Sequence record: OQ417976.1
DNA length: 52,874 nt
DNA from: Mycobacterium phage prophiT46-1
Strand: one strand, 5' to 3'
Shown: piece by piece, positions 7,675 to 16,553 of the stretch
Layout of the letters: every line of letters starts with the position of its first letter
Position numbering within the stretch: position 1 is the stretch's first letter
Made by a program: the position numbers and the translations under genes
The notes under the pieces: model-generated
What the model was told of the DNA's origin: nothing
The model's input: only the letters and a program-made list of their open reading frames with translations
The model's database searches: none

Positions 7675-8885
7675 CCGAAACCACCACGAAGGTTGCCAAT
7701 GAACACGCCGCGCAGATCTGGCCGGATCCGTTGGTGCAGGCTGCCGGCGAGATAGCGGTGTCTGCGCCGCTCGGAACGGAGCTCGCGATCCACACAGGGC
7801 AAGCCCGATTCAGCGAAGCCCAACGCGCTGCATTGCGGCAGCTCGGTATCGAGGACGCTACCGACGGCGATCTGGACGTGTTCTTTCACGTCTGCCAAAC
7901 CACCGGTCTCGATCCGTTCCGCAAAGAGATCTACATGATCGGCCGCAACACCAAGGTCACCGAGTGGCTAGACAACGGAGAAGGCGGACGCCGCAAGGTT
8001 GAACGCTACGTCACGAAGTACACGATCCAAACCGGTATCGACGGGTTCCGCCGCAAGGTCCGCGAGTACGCGCACCAGAACGGCGACACGCTGGCTGTTG
8101 AAGGCCCGCTCTATTGCGGCGATGACGGGGAGTGGAAAGAGGTTTGGCCCGGCAAAACCCCGCCGGTCGCCGCGAAGTACACCGTCATCCGAAACGGCGA
8201 ACCATTCACCGCAGTAGCGCATTTCGATGAATTCGTGCAGACGAACAACGTCTACGAAGGCAGCGGCCAGGGGCGCAAGGTTGTCGGGCAGGAACCAAAC
8301 TCGATGTGGGCGAAGATGCCCCGCAACCAGATAGGCAAATGCGCGGAAGCCGCCGCATGCCGCCGCGCCTACCCGAATGAGTTCGCCGGCCTGATCCTCG
8401 CTGACGCGGCGCAGCCGACCGTGATCGACGGCGAGGTCGTCGAGGAACGCCAAGCCCCGCCGCAGCGCGCGAAGGGAGCGAGTCGACTCCGTGAGCGCGC
8501 AGCCGAAGCTGCCGCGCAGCAGAGTGCGCAAGCGGCAGAGACCGCGGGGGAACTCAGCGCCGACGCCCGCGAGAAGTGGCTCAAGGCGATGTTCGCCGCA
8601 CTGAACAAAGCCGAATGCACCGACCGCGACGAACAGCTCATCGTCATCGCCGGAATCCTCGGACGAACCGAGCTATTCGAGCACCGCGCCGACGTGACCG
8701 ACCAGGAACTACGCACCATCGTCAACGCCCTCAACGGCTTCAAGGAAGCGGGCAGGCTCGATCAGCAGATCAACGAGTACGTCAACGCCTGGTCGCTACG
8801 GGAAGCCGACGAACTCGACGCCGTCGCCAACACCGACACCGATGGCGAGCAAGGCGAACTCGGCCTCGAAAGCGACCAGAACTGA
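7671..8885 (+). CDS. recT: RecT-family ssDNA annealing recombinase
   Basis: 404 aa. It carries the conserved GLDPFRKEIYMIG region of RecT and is coupled to recE by an ATGA overlap. Confidence 0.8.
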   Translation: MTETTTKVANEHAAQIWPDPLVQAAGEIAVSAPLGTELAIHTGQARFSEAQRAALRQLGIEDATDGDLDVFFHVCQTTGLDPFRKEIYMIGRNTKVTEWLDNGEGGRRKVERYVTKYTIQTGIDGFRRKVREYAHQNGDTLAVEGPLYCGDDGEWKEVWPGKTPPVAAKYTVIRNGEPFTAVAHFDEFVQTNNVYEGSGQGRKVVGQEPNSMWAKMPRNQIGKCAEAAACRRAYPNEFAGLILADAAQPTVIDGEVVEERQAPPQRAKGASRLRERAAEAAAQQSAQAAETAGELSADAREKWLKAMFAALNKAECTDRDEQLIVIAGILGRTELFEHRADVTDQELRTIVNALNGFKEAGRLDQQINEYVNAWSLREADELDAVANTDTDGEQGELGLESDQN

Positions 8886-9124
8886 TGTCGCGCACCGGAA
8901 AGTTCACCGCCAAAGGCGGGTTGACGCTCGGTGCCGTGCACATGTTCGCCACCAACGCCATTCAGGCCGGATACGGCCCTGACGCGACGGTTTGGGTGTC
9001 CAAGCCTGACCAAGACGGCGACGTCATCTTGACCGTCACCGATCCCCACCTAGACCCGGCCGACAACTCGTCGGACGCAACCGACCCGACCGGGCCGGAA
9101 AACACCACCACCGCAAGGAGATAA
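8885..9124 (+). CDS. Hypothetical protein
   Basis: 79 aa. The ATG overlaps the recT stop (TGATG). Confidence 0.4.
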   Translation: MSRTGKFTAKGGLTLGAVHMFATNAIQAGYGPDATVWVSKPDQDGDVILTVTDPHLDPADNSSDATDPTGPENTTTARR

Positions 9125-9131
9125 CACCGCC

Positions 9132-9551
9132 ATGGGAGCCACCACCAAACCCAAGGATCTGAAGTCCACCAACGCGCTCGACGACATCGACGACGGAGAA
9201 CCGCACGCGTACATCGGGTTCCGCGCCACCAACATCAAGATCAACAACCCGCCCTGCCTCAAAGAGGGCGGCACCCTGCTCGTGAAGTACCGGTGCATCG
9301 AGTCGAAGGTCGTAGAGGCCGCAGACGGCGAAATGCGCGACAAACGCACCCTCAAGGTCGAATGGGTCGGACTGCCAGGGCAGAAGGCGCCGGCAGGTGC
9401 GGACGAGAACCAGGGCTCGATGCTGGACGTGGTTGACGGCAACCCGGTCCCGTCCGCCGAGGCCACGGGCGACGAGAGCGTCGTCGACGCCGAGGTCATC
9501 GACGACGAAGACGATGCGGAGACGGGCCCGGAGTTCAGCGATGAGGGGTAA
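9132..9551 (+). CDS. Hypothetical protein with acidic C-terminal tail
   Basis: 139-aa ORF with a plausible ATG start after a short spacer. Confidence 0.5.
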   Translation: MGATTKPKDLKSTNALDDIDDGEPHAYIGFRATNIKINNPPCLKEGGTLLVKYRCIESKVVEAADGEMRDKRTLKVEWVGLPGQKAPAGADENQGSMLDVVDGNPVPSAEATGDESVVDAEVIDDEDDAETGPEFSDEG

Positions 9552-9603
9552 TCCGAGCCGTGCTCGGCGCCGGGCCGCGCGTGCGGTCCGGCAGCCGTCA
9601 CGG

Positions 9604-10101
9604 ATGACCGACTATCAGCGGCACCGCCAAGCCGAGCAGCTGCACGGCGTCGACAAGATCCGCGACTACCTGCACGACATCGACCTCGAAGTCCTCAACG
9701 AACTAGCCCACTCGGACACCCACGGTGAGCAGGATGTATGCGACCAGGTGGACGACTCTGCCGAGGATGGGGCTGAAGTAGTCCACCCCACCACGCACCA
9801 CCACGCCGACACCGAACCCGTGCGGGAACCCAACGCCTACGAACTGGCGATCCTCGGTGCGCTGCAGCACAAGAGCGTGTACCAGGGCAGCGTTCCGGTC
9901 GACGATATCCGGCGCCGACGTCTACGGAACCGGGATTCGAAACGTGCTCGCCGACTGCAGCGCCGCAGCAAGGTACGGCGGATGCGGCGCCGCCACCAGG
10001 CAGCCGCCGGCAACGCTGCCGCCTTCGCGCTGTTCATGCTGGCCTCGGCATTCATCGGCGCCGTCACGATGCTCGCCTCGCCCGGCTGGTGGGTCTCATG
10101 A
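9604..10101 (+). CDS. Hypothetical tail-anchored membrane protein with an Arg-rich segment
   Basis: An internal ATG gives 165 aa. An extremely basic stretch (RRRRLRNRDSKRARRLQRRSKVRRMRRR) is followed by a C-terminal transmembrane helix (AAFALFMLASAFIGAVTMLA). Confidence 0.45.
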   Translation: MTDYQRHRQAEQLHGVDKIRDYLHDIDLEVLNELAHSDTHGEQDVCDQVDDSAEDGAEVVHPTTHHHADTEPVREPNAYELAILGALQHKSVYQGSVPVDDIRRRRLRNRDSKRARRLQRRSKVRRMRRRHQAAAGNAAAFALFMLASAFIGAVTMLASPGWWVS

Positions 10102-10505
10102 CCAGCGTCGAGCCACGCGAGTTCCCGATCGGTGTCGTCGTCACCCTCGCCATCGGGAACCCCGACCGCATCTTCTGCCTGCTGTCACAGGTGTACGACG
10201 TGTTGGGGCACATGCTCGGCTACGTGCCGCTCGTGTCCGAGATGGCGCCAGCGTTCGAAGCGTGCAGAACCGCGGTGCGCGAACAGCATCCGGTGCTGGC
10301 CGAAGCGATCGACCCCGGCAGGACACCGGCGTTCGGCACGCTCGCCGTCGACACGGAAATCCTGCAATGGCTCAGCAATTTAGCGCGTGAACACGGCGAA
10401 ATGTTCGCCTTGACACCGCTATCGGCGCCCGCGCTGCCCGACGAGCTGCCACCGCAGCCCACGGCCGAACCGCTGGTCGTGGCCGAACCGGGCAGCGGCA
10501 CGTGA
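10098..10505 (+). CDS. Hypothetical protein
   Basis: ATGA coupling. 135 aa. Confidence 0.45.
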   Translation: MTSVEPREFPIGVVVTLAIGNPDRIFCLLSQVYDVLGHMLGYVPLVSEMAPAFEACRTAVREQHPVLAEAIDPGRTPAFGTLAVDTEILQWLSNLAREHGEMFALTPLSAPALPDELPPQPTAEPLVVAEPGSGT

Positions 10506-10762
10506 GGTGCGCGAAGTTCGTCGGCGACCGCACCGACGAGTTCACCATCGGCCAGCAGTTCGGCGAAACCCTCGAAGGCCGTCCGGTCCGGGTCGTATCC
10601 GTCACATACGACCCGGACACGGACCGAACCATGGTCGAAGGCGAACCACTGGCACCAGATGCGCCAGAAGGGTTGCGGCTGCGCTACTTCGGTGGCCGCG
10701 ACCCCAACATCGAACCCCCTGACAGTGTCCAACCCCTCACCGACGAGGTAACCCCACAATGA
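10502..10762 (+). CDS. Hypothetical protein
   Basis: The GTG start overlaps the upstream stop (GTGA). 86 aa. Confidence 0.45.
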   Translation: MRCAKFVGDRTDEFTIGQQFGETLEGRPVRVVSVTYDPDTDRTMVEGEPLAPDAPEGLRLRYFGGRDPNIEPPDSVQPLTDEVTPQ

Positions 10763-11343
10763 CCGAAACACCAGACCTGACCTTGCGCCAGTGGTTCGGC
10801 AAGCTCATCCGAGGCCAGCACCACCTAGCGATCGGCGGCGAAGACGACCCCTACCTGCTGCGCTGGTACCTGATCCCACGCAACAAACGGCTGAACATCT
10901 ACCTGCACCAATTCATCCGATCCGACGACGACCGCGCCCTACACGACCACCCATGGTGGTTCTGGTCATTCGTCCTGGCCGGCCACTACTACGAACACCG
11001 CGCAGACGGCCGACGCATCAAACGGCACTGGGCGTCCATCGCCTACCGGGCAGCGAAAACCCGGCACCGCGTGGAGCTACCCAAGTCCAACGACCCGATG
11101 TCGCTGCTGGAACGCGAAGACTGCTGCTGGACCATCGTCGTCACCGGACCCCGAACCCGCGACTGGGGATTCTGGTGCCCCGGAGGCCGATTCATCATCA
11201 CCGAGCAGGGCGAAACCAGCACCCTCGACGTCGACCGGTTCATCCCGCACACCGCTTGGGGCGCCGCCGGATGCGGCGAACCATTCACCGGCACATTCCA
11301 CGCTCGCACACCAATCTGGAAGCGGGTGCCCGCCCGTGATTGA
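10759..11343 (+). CDS. Hypothetical protein with His-rich HQF..D...HDHPW motif (possible cupin/metal-binding fold)
   Basis: 194-aa ORF with ATGA coupling. The motif assignment is speculative. Confidence 0.5.
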   Translation: MTETPDLTLRQWFGKLIRGQHHLAIGGEDDPYLLRWYLIPRNKRLNIYLHQFIRSDDDRALHDHPWWFWSFVLAGHYYEHRADGRRIKRHWASIAYRAAKTRHRVELPKSNDPMSLLEREDCCWTIVVTGPRTRDWGFWCPGGRFIITEQGETSTLDVDRFIPHTAWGAAGCGEPFTGTFHARTPIWKRVPARD

Positions 11344-11359
11344 CCAGGCGTTGACGGCG

Positions 11360-12061
11360 TCAGCCCCCACTCTCCGTGATCATGGCGGCTATCGTCGGGC
11401 TCAACTCAAGGGCAGCCTTGGTTACGTCCTTCCAAGTGAAGAGTTCTTTGAGCCTCGCCCACATTCCCTTGTGATCTTCGTCGGTTGCTTCATACGCAGT
11501 ATCTATCGAGGTCTTGAGAAGGGTTGCAGCCCTGAACAAGTCGTAATCGCCGCGCATGTTGAGTCGATATTCCTCGATGACCAGCTTCATGTGGATGATC
11601 AAGCCAAGCATGTATTTCTTGACGTTCAGCTCGATGCTGGAGTCGTCCTTCAAAGCGGTGAGTACTTCATCGAGTGCTTTTTCGAAAGCGTCTGCTGCAT
11701 CAGTGGGGAGTTTGCGGACGAGCGGATCAAGCTGATGTCCCAGCGTGCTCAGCATCTGCATCGACGGAGAGTCGAAGTAGTAGATGTTTCGCCACCCGTC
11801 CGGATACGACAACACCATCCTTCCCCAGGCCGGGAGATACCCCCGATAGAGCTCGATGACATCGCTGGGCATGAGTTCAAGTTTTTCAGCTTCGTCCAGA
11901 AGCTCACCTACGGCGCGCAAGTTGGAGAGGGCGGCCTCGTGCCGGCGTATCGCCATCGTGAGGTCTTTGTTAAGAGCCCGGCGCTGCTCTGCGTTCTGTT
12001 GACTTCCTGCCAGGTCCCACGCCTTGAGCTGCCGATAAAGAAGTTCCGCAGGGTTTGCCAT
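11360..12061 (-). CDS. Reverse-oriented low-GC gene of unknown function (candidate defence/abortive-infection gene) embedded in the early operon
   Basis: 233 aa from MANPAELLY. The coding sequence has clearly lower G+C than its flanks, about 50% by eye against about 65%. The translated protein has a balanced K/E/L-rich composition. The antisense + ORF (11336..12118) is Cys/Arg-rich junk. The gene lies on the opposite strand to all its neighbours. Confidence 0.55.
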   Translation of the reverse strand: MANPAELLYRQLKAWDLAGSQQNAEQRRALNKDLTMAIRRHEAALSNLRAVGELLDEAEKLELMPSDVIELYRGYLPAWGRMVLSYPDGWRNIYYFDSPSMQMLSTLGHQLDPLVRKLPTDAADAFEKALDEVLTALKDDSSIELNVKKYMLGLIIHMKLVIEEYRLNMRGDYDLFRAATLLKTSIDTAYEATDEDHKGMWARLKELFTWKDVTKAALELSPTIAAMITESGG

Positions 12062-12114
12062 TGCCGAATCGTAAGGCAGCGGTACTGCGGCTTGGAGCGA
12101 AATAGAGCAGGCGC

Positions 12115-12324
12115 ATGACGGCGTTGCCGGTCGCGCGGTACGACCAAACCCGCGCACCCGCCCTCGGTAAGCAGCCGCGCCCGTGGTTCACGTTCCAATG
12201 CCAGCGCTGCGGCAAGGACTTCCGTGCCCGGTTCATCGCCCGCGAATGCCGCGACTGCTGGGCCGAAACCGCAGCCATCTACCCAACACTCTGGCCCGGC
12301 ACCGGCGAGGCCAGCGGCTCATGA
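12115..12324 (+). CDS. Small zinc-ribbon protein (CQRCG...CRDC)
   Basis: 69 aa. Its stop overlaps the ATG of the downstream PAPS-reductase-like gene (ATGA). Confidence 0.45.
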   Translation: MTALPVARYDQTRAPALGKQPRPWFTFQCQRCGKDFRARFIARECRDCWAETAAIYPTLWPGTGEASGS

Positions 12325-13442
12325 AAGGCACACCCGCGATTCGCATCTTGTCCCTCGGCGCTGGTGTCCAGTCGACGGTGTTGGCACTCATGGCCTGCGA
12401 CGGCACGCTGCCTGGTCTGGATGCTGCGGTGTTCGCCGATACCGGCTGGGAACCGCCCGCGGTCTATGAGCAGGTGGACCGGCTCGCCGCCGAGCTTGCC
12501 CGGGTGGATATCCCGTTGTACCGGGTTTCGTCGGGGAACCTGCGGGCCGACACCCTCGACCCGGAAGCGCGATTCGTTTCGGTGCCATGGTTCACCTTGG
12601 CGCCCAAGGCTACCGAGGTGCCTGTTTATGGCGTATGCGCACCCTGCGGCGGCTCCGGCCGTGGACCATCTGACGAGCCTGATTCATGTTCGGTGTGCGG
12701 TGGCGACGGCCGTGGGTCGATCGTGGGCACCAGGCTAGCCACTGCCACTGAACGGCACGGCATGGGCCGTCGCCAGTGCACCAGCGAGTACAAGCTCAAG
12801 CCGATCAAGGTCAAGGTGCGCGAGCTGCTGGGCTACCCGCATCCGACACCGGTACCGCGTGATGTGTTCGCCGAGCAGTGGATCGGATTCTCCACGGACG
12901 AGATTCACCGGGTGCGTGACCGGCTGGACGTGAACTATTCCCGGCCGCGTTACCCGCTGTTGGATCTGGGCATGTCCCGCAAGGACTGCCAGCGCTGGCT
13001 GGAGCGCGCAGGGTGGGGCCACACCGCCAAGAGCGCCTGCATTGGGTGCCCGTTCCACGGCAACGCCCAGTGGCGCGCGCTGCGCGACACATGCGAGTGC
13101 GGACACCATCGCGACGCACACAACGTCGACGGTTGGTGCGAATACCGGCTACCGCCGGACGCGGACTACTCCGACGTACATCGTTGCGAGTGCCCACGGT
13201 TCCGAGCACCGCAGTGGGCCGACGCCGTCGACTTCGATCGGCGCATTCGCAAGGGTGGCGCTTCGGCGAGTCCGCTAGACGGTGAGGCATTCCTGCACCG
13301 CTCACGAGTTCCGTTGGACCTGGCGCCAATCGACCGCGTGACACGTGCCGAGTACGCCGACATGCAGCTCGACCTATTTGAGGACGGTGACCCGGACGGC
13401 TGCTCGCCCTACGGCTGCCGCAGCGGGGAGGTAGTCGCATGA
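12321..13442 (+). CDS. Phosphoadenosine phosphosulfate (PAPS) reductase-family protein (PP-loop ATP pyrophosphatase fold) with Cys-rich insertions
   Basis: 373 aa from the ATG at 12321. The PP-loop-like ILSLGAGVQSTVLALMA and the family-typical GCPFHGNAQWRALRD are present. Extra CxxC clusters are CAPCGG...CSVCGG and CECGHH...CECP. Confidence 0.7.
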   Translation: MKGTPAIRILSLGAGVQSTVLALMACDGTLPGLDAAVFADTGWEPPAVYEQVDRLAAELARVDIPLYRVSSGNLRADTLDPEARFVSVPWFTLAPKATEVPVYGVCAPCGGSGRGPSDEPDSCSVCGGDGRGSIVGTRLATATERHGMGRRQCTSEYKLKPIKVKVRELLGYPHPTPVPRDVFAEQWIGFSTDEIHRVRDRLDVNYSRPRYPLLDLGMSRKDCQRWLERAGWGHTAKSACIGCPFHGNAQWRALRDTCECGHHRDAHNVDGWCEYRLPPDADYSDVHRCECPRFRAPQWADAVDFDRRIRKGGASASPLDGEAFLHRSRVPLDLAPIDRVTRAEYADMQLDLFEDGDPDGCSPYGCRSGEVVA

Positions 13443-13615
13443 GTTATAGGCGGCGTCGGTTCCCTCGCTGCAGGGTGTGCGGCGAGCCTGTGACCTGCGG
13501 TCAGGGTGACCGTCATCTCTCGTGCTCGCCGCTCTGCAAGGTCGACGGCTGCTGGGAACCGATTCCGTCCACCGGACACAAATGCAACGTCAAGAAAGCG
13601 AACGAACATGCCTGA
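13439..13615 (+). CDS. Small zinc-finger protein (58 aa, CRVCGEP...C...C...C)
   Basis: Not in the ORF track because it is under 60 aa. The ATG overlaps the upstream stop. Its stop overlaps the NrdH-like start. Confidence 0.35.
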   Translation: MSYRRRRFPRCRVCGEPVTCGQGDRHLSCSPLCKVDGCWEPIPSTGHKCNVKKANEHA

Positions 13616-13865
13616 ACTCACCGTCACCGTCTACACAGCGGGCCCATCATGCCAGCCCTGCCGAATGACCTTGCGGCACCTTGACCGTCTCGGAATTGCC
13701 TACACCACAATCCCGATCGACTCCGATGACGCAATACGCGAGGCCGCGATCGAACTCGGCATGCGTACCGCACCGATCGTGTGTGTCGCCACCCCGGCCG
13801 GTGAGGACCACTGGGACGGATACCGGCCCGACAAACTCGACGCGCTGACAGAGAGGGCCGCGTGA
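13608..13865 (+). CDS. NrdH/glutaredoxin-like thioredoxin-fold redoxin
   Basis: 85 aa. The N-terminal TVYTAGPSCQPC has a CxxC active site at the end of beta-strand 1, typical of NrdH redoxins. Confidence 0.55.
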   Translation: MPELTVTVYTAGPSCQPCRMTLRHLDRLGIAYTTIPIDSDDAIREAAIELGMRTAPIVCVATPAGEDHWDGYRPDKLDALTERAA

Positions 13866-14230
13866 TTGACGTGCGTAAACCTCGAAGCGTCGAGATTCGT
13901 ATCGGGGGAGACGGATTCGCCTCCCAATTGGGTAGACCCGATATCCCGGCATTCCACTACCTGGACGACGGGACGGTCGAACTGCGGAACATTCCGACCG
14001 CGACCGTCATCACCTGTGAAACCGCGTCTCAGACCGAATCTGCCGGCGGGATGAATTGGCAGGGCGTGTGGATGACGATCACCCGCGACAACGACGGCAT
14101 GCAACTGAACGCCGCGGCGAGCAACGGGGTGTTCCGCTGGGAGCTGCACCCGGCTCACTTCTGGGACGGCGAAGGCCCCGCGATGTATATCGGGCGCCTG
14201 ATCGAAACCGGGGCGAAGCCGAATGCCTAA
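13862..14230 (+). CDS. Hypothetical protein
   Basis: 122-aa ORF, coupled. Confidence 0.45.
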   Translation: MIDVRKPRSVEIRIGGDGFASQLGRPDIPAFHYLDDGTVELRNIPTATVITCETASQTESAGGMNWQGVWMTITRDNDGMQLNAAASNGVFRWELHPAHFWDGEGPAMYIGRLIETGAKPNA

Positions 14231-15167
14231 CGTCACCACCACAACCGAGCTGCTGGCGTTGCTGCGGCGCCACTACATCAAGCCCGGCCTGGACCTGCCG
14301 GGTGGTGTGTTCGTACCGGAGGTTGGCGGTAACGGATCGTGGGGTGCCAGTGCGCGCGCCGACGCCATCTATGTCGGGTTCACAACATCCAGTGGCCGCA
14401 TCCTGGTCGGGCACGAGCTGAAGATCAGTCGCGCCGACTGGCTGAACGAACTGAACAAGCCCGGCAAGACCGATCAGTGGGCCGACCAATGCCACGCCTG
14501 GTATCTCGTCGTCAACGACCCCGCGATCGTGAAGCCCGGTGAGCTACCACCCGGTTGGGGACTCATGTCACCCGGCGCCAGCCGTACCCGCATGACCGTT
14601 CACACGCCCGCAGCCGTGAAGCCCGACCACACCCCTTCATGGGACGCCGTGCGTTCCGTCATGGGCCGCATAGACACCCTGCGCGCCAACGAGGTTGCCG
14701 CAGCCGTTGAGTCGCGCGACCAAGCAAGGCGCCGGAAGTACCAAAAGGATGTAAACGAGGCGGTCGAGCTGCGTATGAAGTCCATGCCGGAAACGGGGGA
14801 GGCGGCGAAGCGCCTCAAGCTCATCGAGGACGCGATCGGCGCCCCGATCGATTGGAGCGACAACGTCTGGTCGCCTGATCGCACGGTCGACCCGGAGCTG
14901 CTGGGACGTATCGGCAAGGCTGCGTTGGCCCTTGGCGGCATCGAATCGGCTATCCGTCAGCTCGGTAGGGGTTACAACAGCACGAAGGAAGTACGACGTC
15001 TCATCGACGAATACGACGCCAAGCTCGCCGAGTTCCTGGCCCCCGCCAAGGCTGTGTGCGCGTGGTGCCCAACAGCCGCGGGCGGGACTGCCGAGCACAA
15101 CGACGGCACTCGTTACCCGTCATGCGGGAACACAGGGCACGGCATGAACTGGGAGGTGTCCGAGTAG
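14223..15167 (+). CDS. PD-(D/E)XK-type nuclease-like protein (MmcB-like) with long C-terminal helical extension
   Basis: The N-terminus (LLRRHY...ADAIYVGF...GHELKISRADWL) has a D...ExK arrangement consistent with the PD-(D/E)XK fold. Confidence 0.5.
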   Translation: MPNVTTTTELLALLRRHYIKPGLDLPGGVFVPEVGGNGSWGASARADAIYVGFTTSSGRILVGHELKISRADWLNELNKPGKTDQWADQCHAWYLVVNDPAIVKPGELPPGWGLMSPGASRTRMTVHTPAAVKPDHTPSWDAVRSVMGRIDTLRANEVAAAVESRDQARRRKYQKDVNEAVELRMKSMPETGEAAKRLKLIEDAIGAPIDWSDNVWSPDRTVDPELLGRIGKAALALGGIESAIRQLGRGYNSTKEVRRLIDEYDAKLAEFLAPAKAVCAWCPTAAGGTAEHNDGTRYPSCGNTGHGMNWEVSE

Positions 15168-15943
15168 TGGCGTGGTTCTACGTCGATGACGGGTTCAGCG
15201 ATTCGAAGCCAATCATGAACCTGCCCACGACCCCTGTCCGTGTCCCGATGCGGATCGCGGTCGCCGGTGCGTGGGTTCTCGGCGGGTCGTGGTCAGCAAA
15301 GGAAGAACTCGACGGGTTCATCCCGCACGCGAAGCTGAAATCCCTTCTCGTACCGCGGTCGGTCGTCGCCGCCCTCACGGCCCCCGGACCCCTCGACGCC
15401 CCGCTGTGCTGCCCAGAAAGTGACGGAATTTTGGTCAGAAATTGGGCAAAATGGCAGCGAACTAAGGCAGAAAACGAGGCCAACCGCAAACGCGAAGCCG
15501 AGAAGAAACGGAACCAAAGACGGCGCGGCCGAAACTTTGTGACCGGCATAGATGACCAAATGTCCCCAGGGGACAACGGCGGGGACACCGCAGAACCCGG
15601 CGAAAACGTGTCCCCTGGGGAGTCCCGTGGTCCCACCCCACCCCACCCCTTAGTAGTTACTTCCAGTGGGGATAGTCCGGTAGGGAGCCGCCCGGCCGAG
15701 CACTGCCCCCAACACCCCGGCGGAACCGAACAGCCCTGCGGCGCCTGCTTTAACGCGCGGCGCAACGCAAACACCTGGGACGCCCAACAGCTCCAAGCTG
15801 CCGCCGACCAGCGCGCAGCCACGCTCGCCGCGATCCGCGCATGCCCCGACTGCGACCCCAACGGCCTGCGCTACTCCGACCCGGAAGACCCCGAGTCGCC
15901 GCTCATCCGCTGCACCCACCCCCGATTGGAGAACACCGCATGA
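15167..15943 (+). CDS. Hypothetical DNA-binding protein with a C-terminal Cys cluster (candidate replication initiator)
   Basis: The GTG start overlaps the upstream TAG. A basic NWAKWQRTKAENEANRKREAEKKRNQRRR segment is followed by CGAC...CPDC...C. Iteron-like repeats and a G4 motif lie inside its coding sequence. Confidence 0.45.
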   Translation: MAWFYVDDGFSDSKPIMNLPTTPVRVPMRIAVAGAWVLGGSWSAKEELDGFIPHAKLKSLLVPRSVVAALTAPGPLDAPLCCPESDGILVRNWAKWQRTKAENEANRKREAEKKRNQRRRGRNFVTGIDDQMSPGDNGGDTAEPGENVSPGESRGPTPPHPLVVTSSGDSPVGSRPAEHCPQHPGGTEQPCGACFNARRNANTWDAQQLQAAADQRAATLAAIRACPDCDPNGLRYSDPEDPESPLIRCTHPRLENTA

Positions 15944-16314
15944 AAACCACCACACCCGCACAAGCCACTAACGGCACCGGACGCTGGGAAGTCCGCATAG
16001 CACCAAATCCCGACCTTGGTTCCGAGTGCACCAAGGTCATGACGCTTGCCGAAGCTGCCGAAGCCGGCAGAACTCGGTTCGTGGTCAAATCCCCACGCGG
16101 ACAAGAAACATTCAGCAGCACCCGGCAAGGCGACGCGATGTCAGTCGCACTCAGTATGGCCAACATCGACGAACTATTGGCCCGCGTGAACCGTATCGAG
16201 CACGGGCTCTGGGGCAACCACCCCGCACTGCGAGCGCAGATGACCAACAAGCGCAACGGCGCCAAAACCGCTAGTCGGGGGACACTCACGCTGCTGCAGG
16301 ATCCCCACGCATGA
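15940..16314 (+). CDS. Hypothetical protein
   Basis: ATGA coupling. 124 aa. Confidence 0.45.
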   Translation: MKTTTPAQATNGTGRWEVRIAPNPDLGSECTKVMTLAEAAEAGRTRFVVKSPRGQETFSSTRQGDAMSVALSMANIDELLARVNRIEHGLWGNHPALRAQMTNKRNGAKTASRGTLTLLQDPHA

Positions 16315-16553
16315 GCCACATACCGCCCGCCATTGCGGCCACAGCCGACCAGCTGGTCGCAGCCGCCGACAAGGTGCTCGACCAGTTCATCGCCGAATTT
16401 CGAGCGCACCTGGTCGAACACGACGGTGACCCGCTATGCCCGATCGGTGTGCTCGCCGTCGGCGCCGAAGGCCAGGACGCCGAAGACGTCGCCTTCCTGT
16501 TCGCCGTCGCCGTCAAACGACTAGCCGTGCCACGCAAGGAGATTCAGCTATGA
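16311..16553 (+). CDS. Hypothetical protein
   Basis: 80 aa, coupled. Confidence 0.4.
   Translation: MSHIPPAIAATADQLVAAADKVLDQFIAEFRAHLVEHDGDPLCPIGVLAVGAEGQDAEDVAFLFAVAVKRLAVPRKEIQL

Noticed and set aside
11336-12118. + strand 260-aa ORF overlapping the low-GC region
   Set aside because: Its translation is Cys/Arg/His-rich and unprotein-like. The minus-strand frame gives a balanced helical protein, so the + ORF is treated as its antisense shadow.
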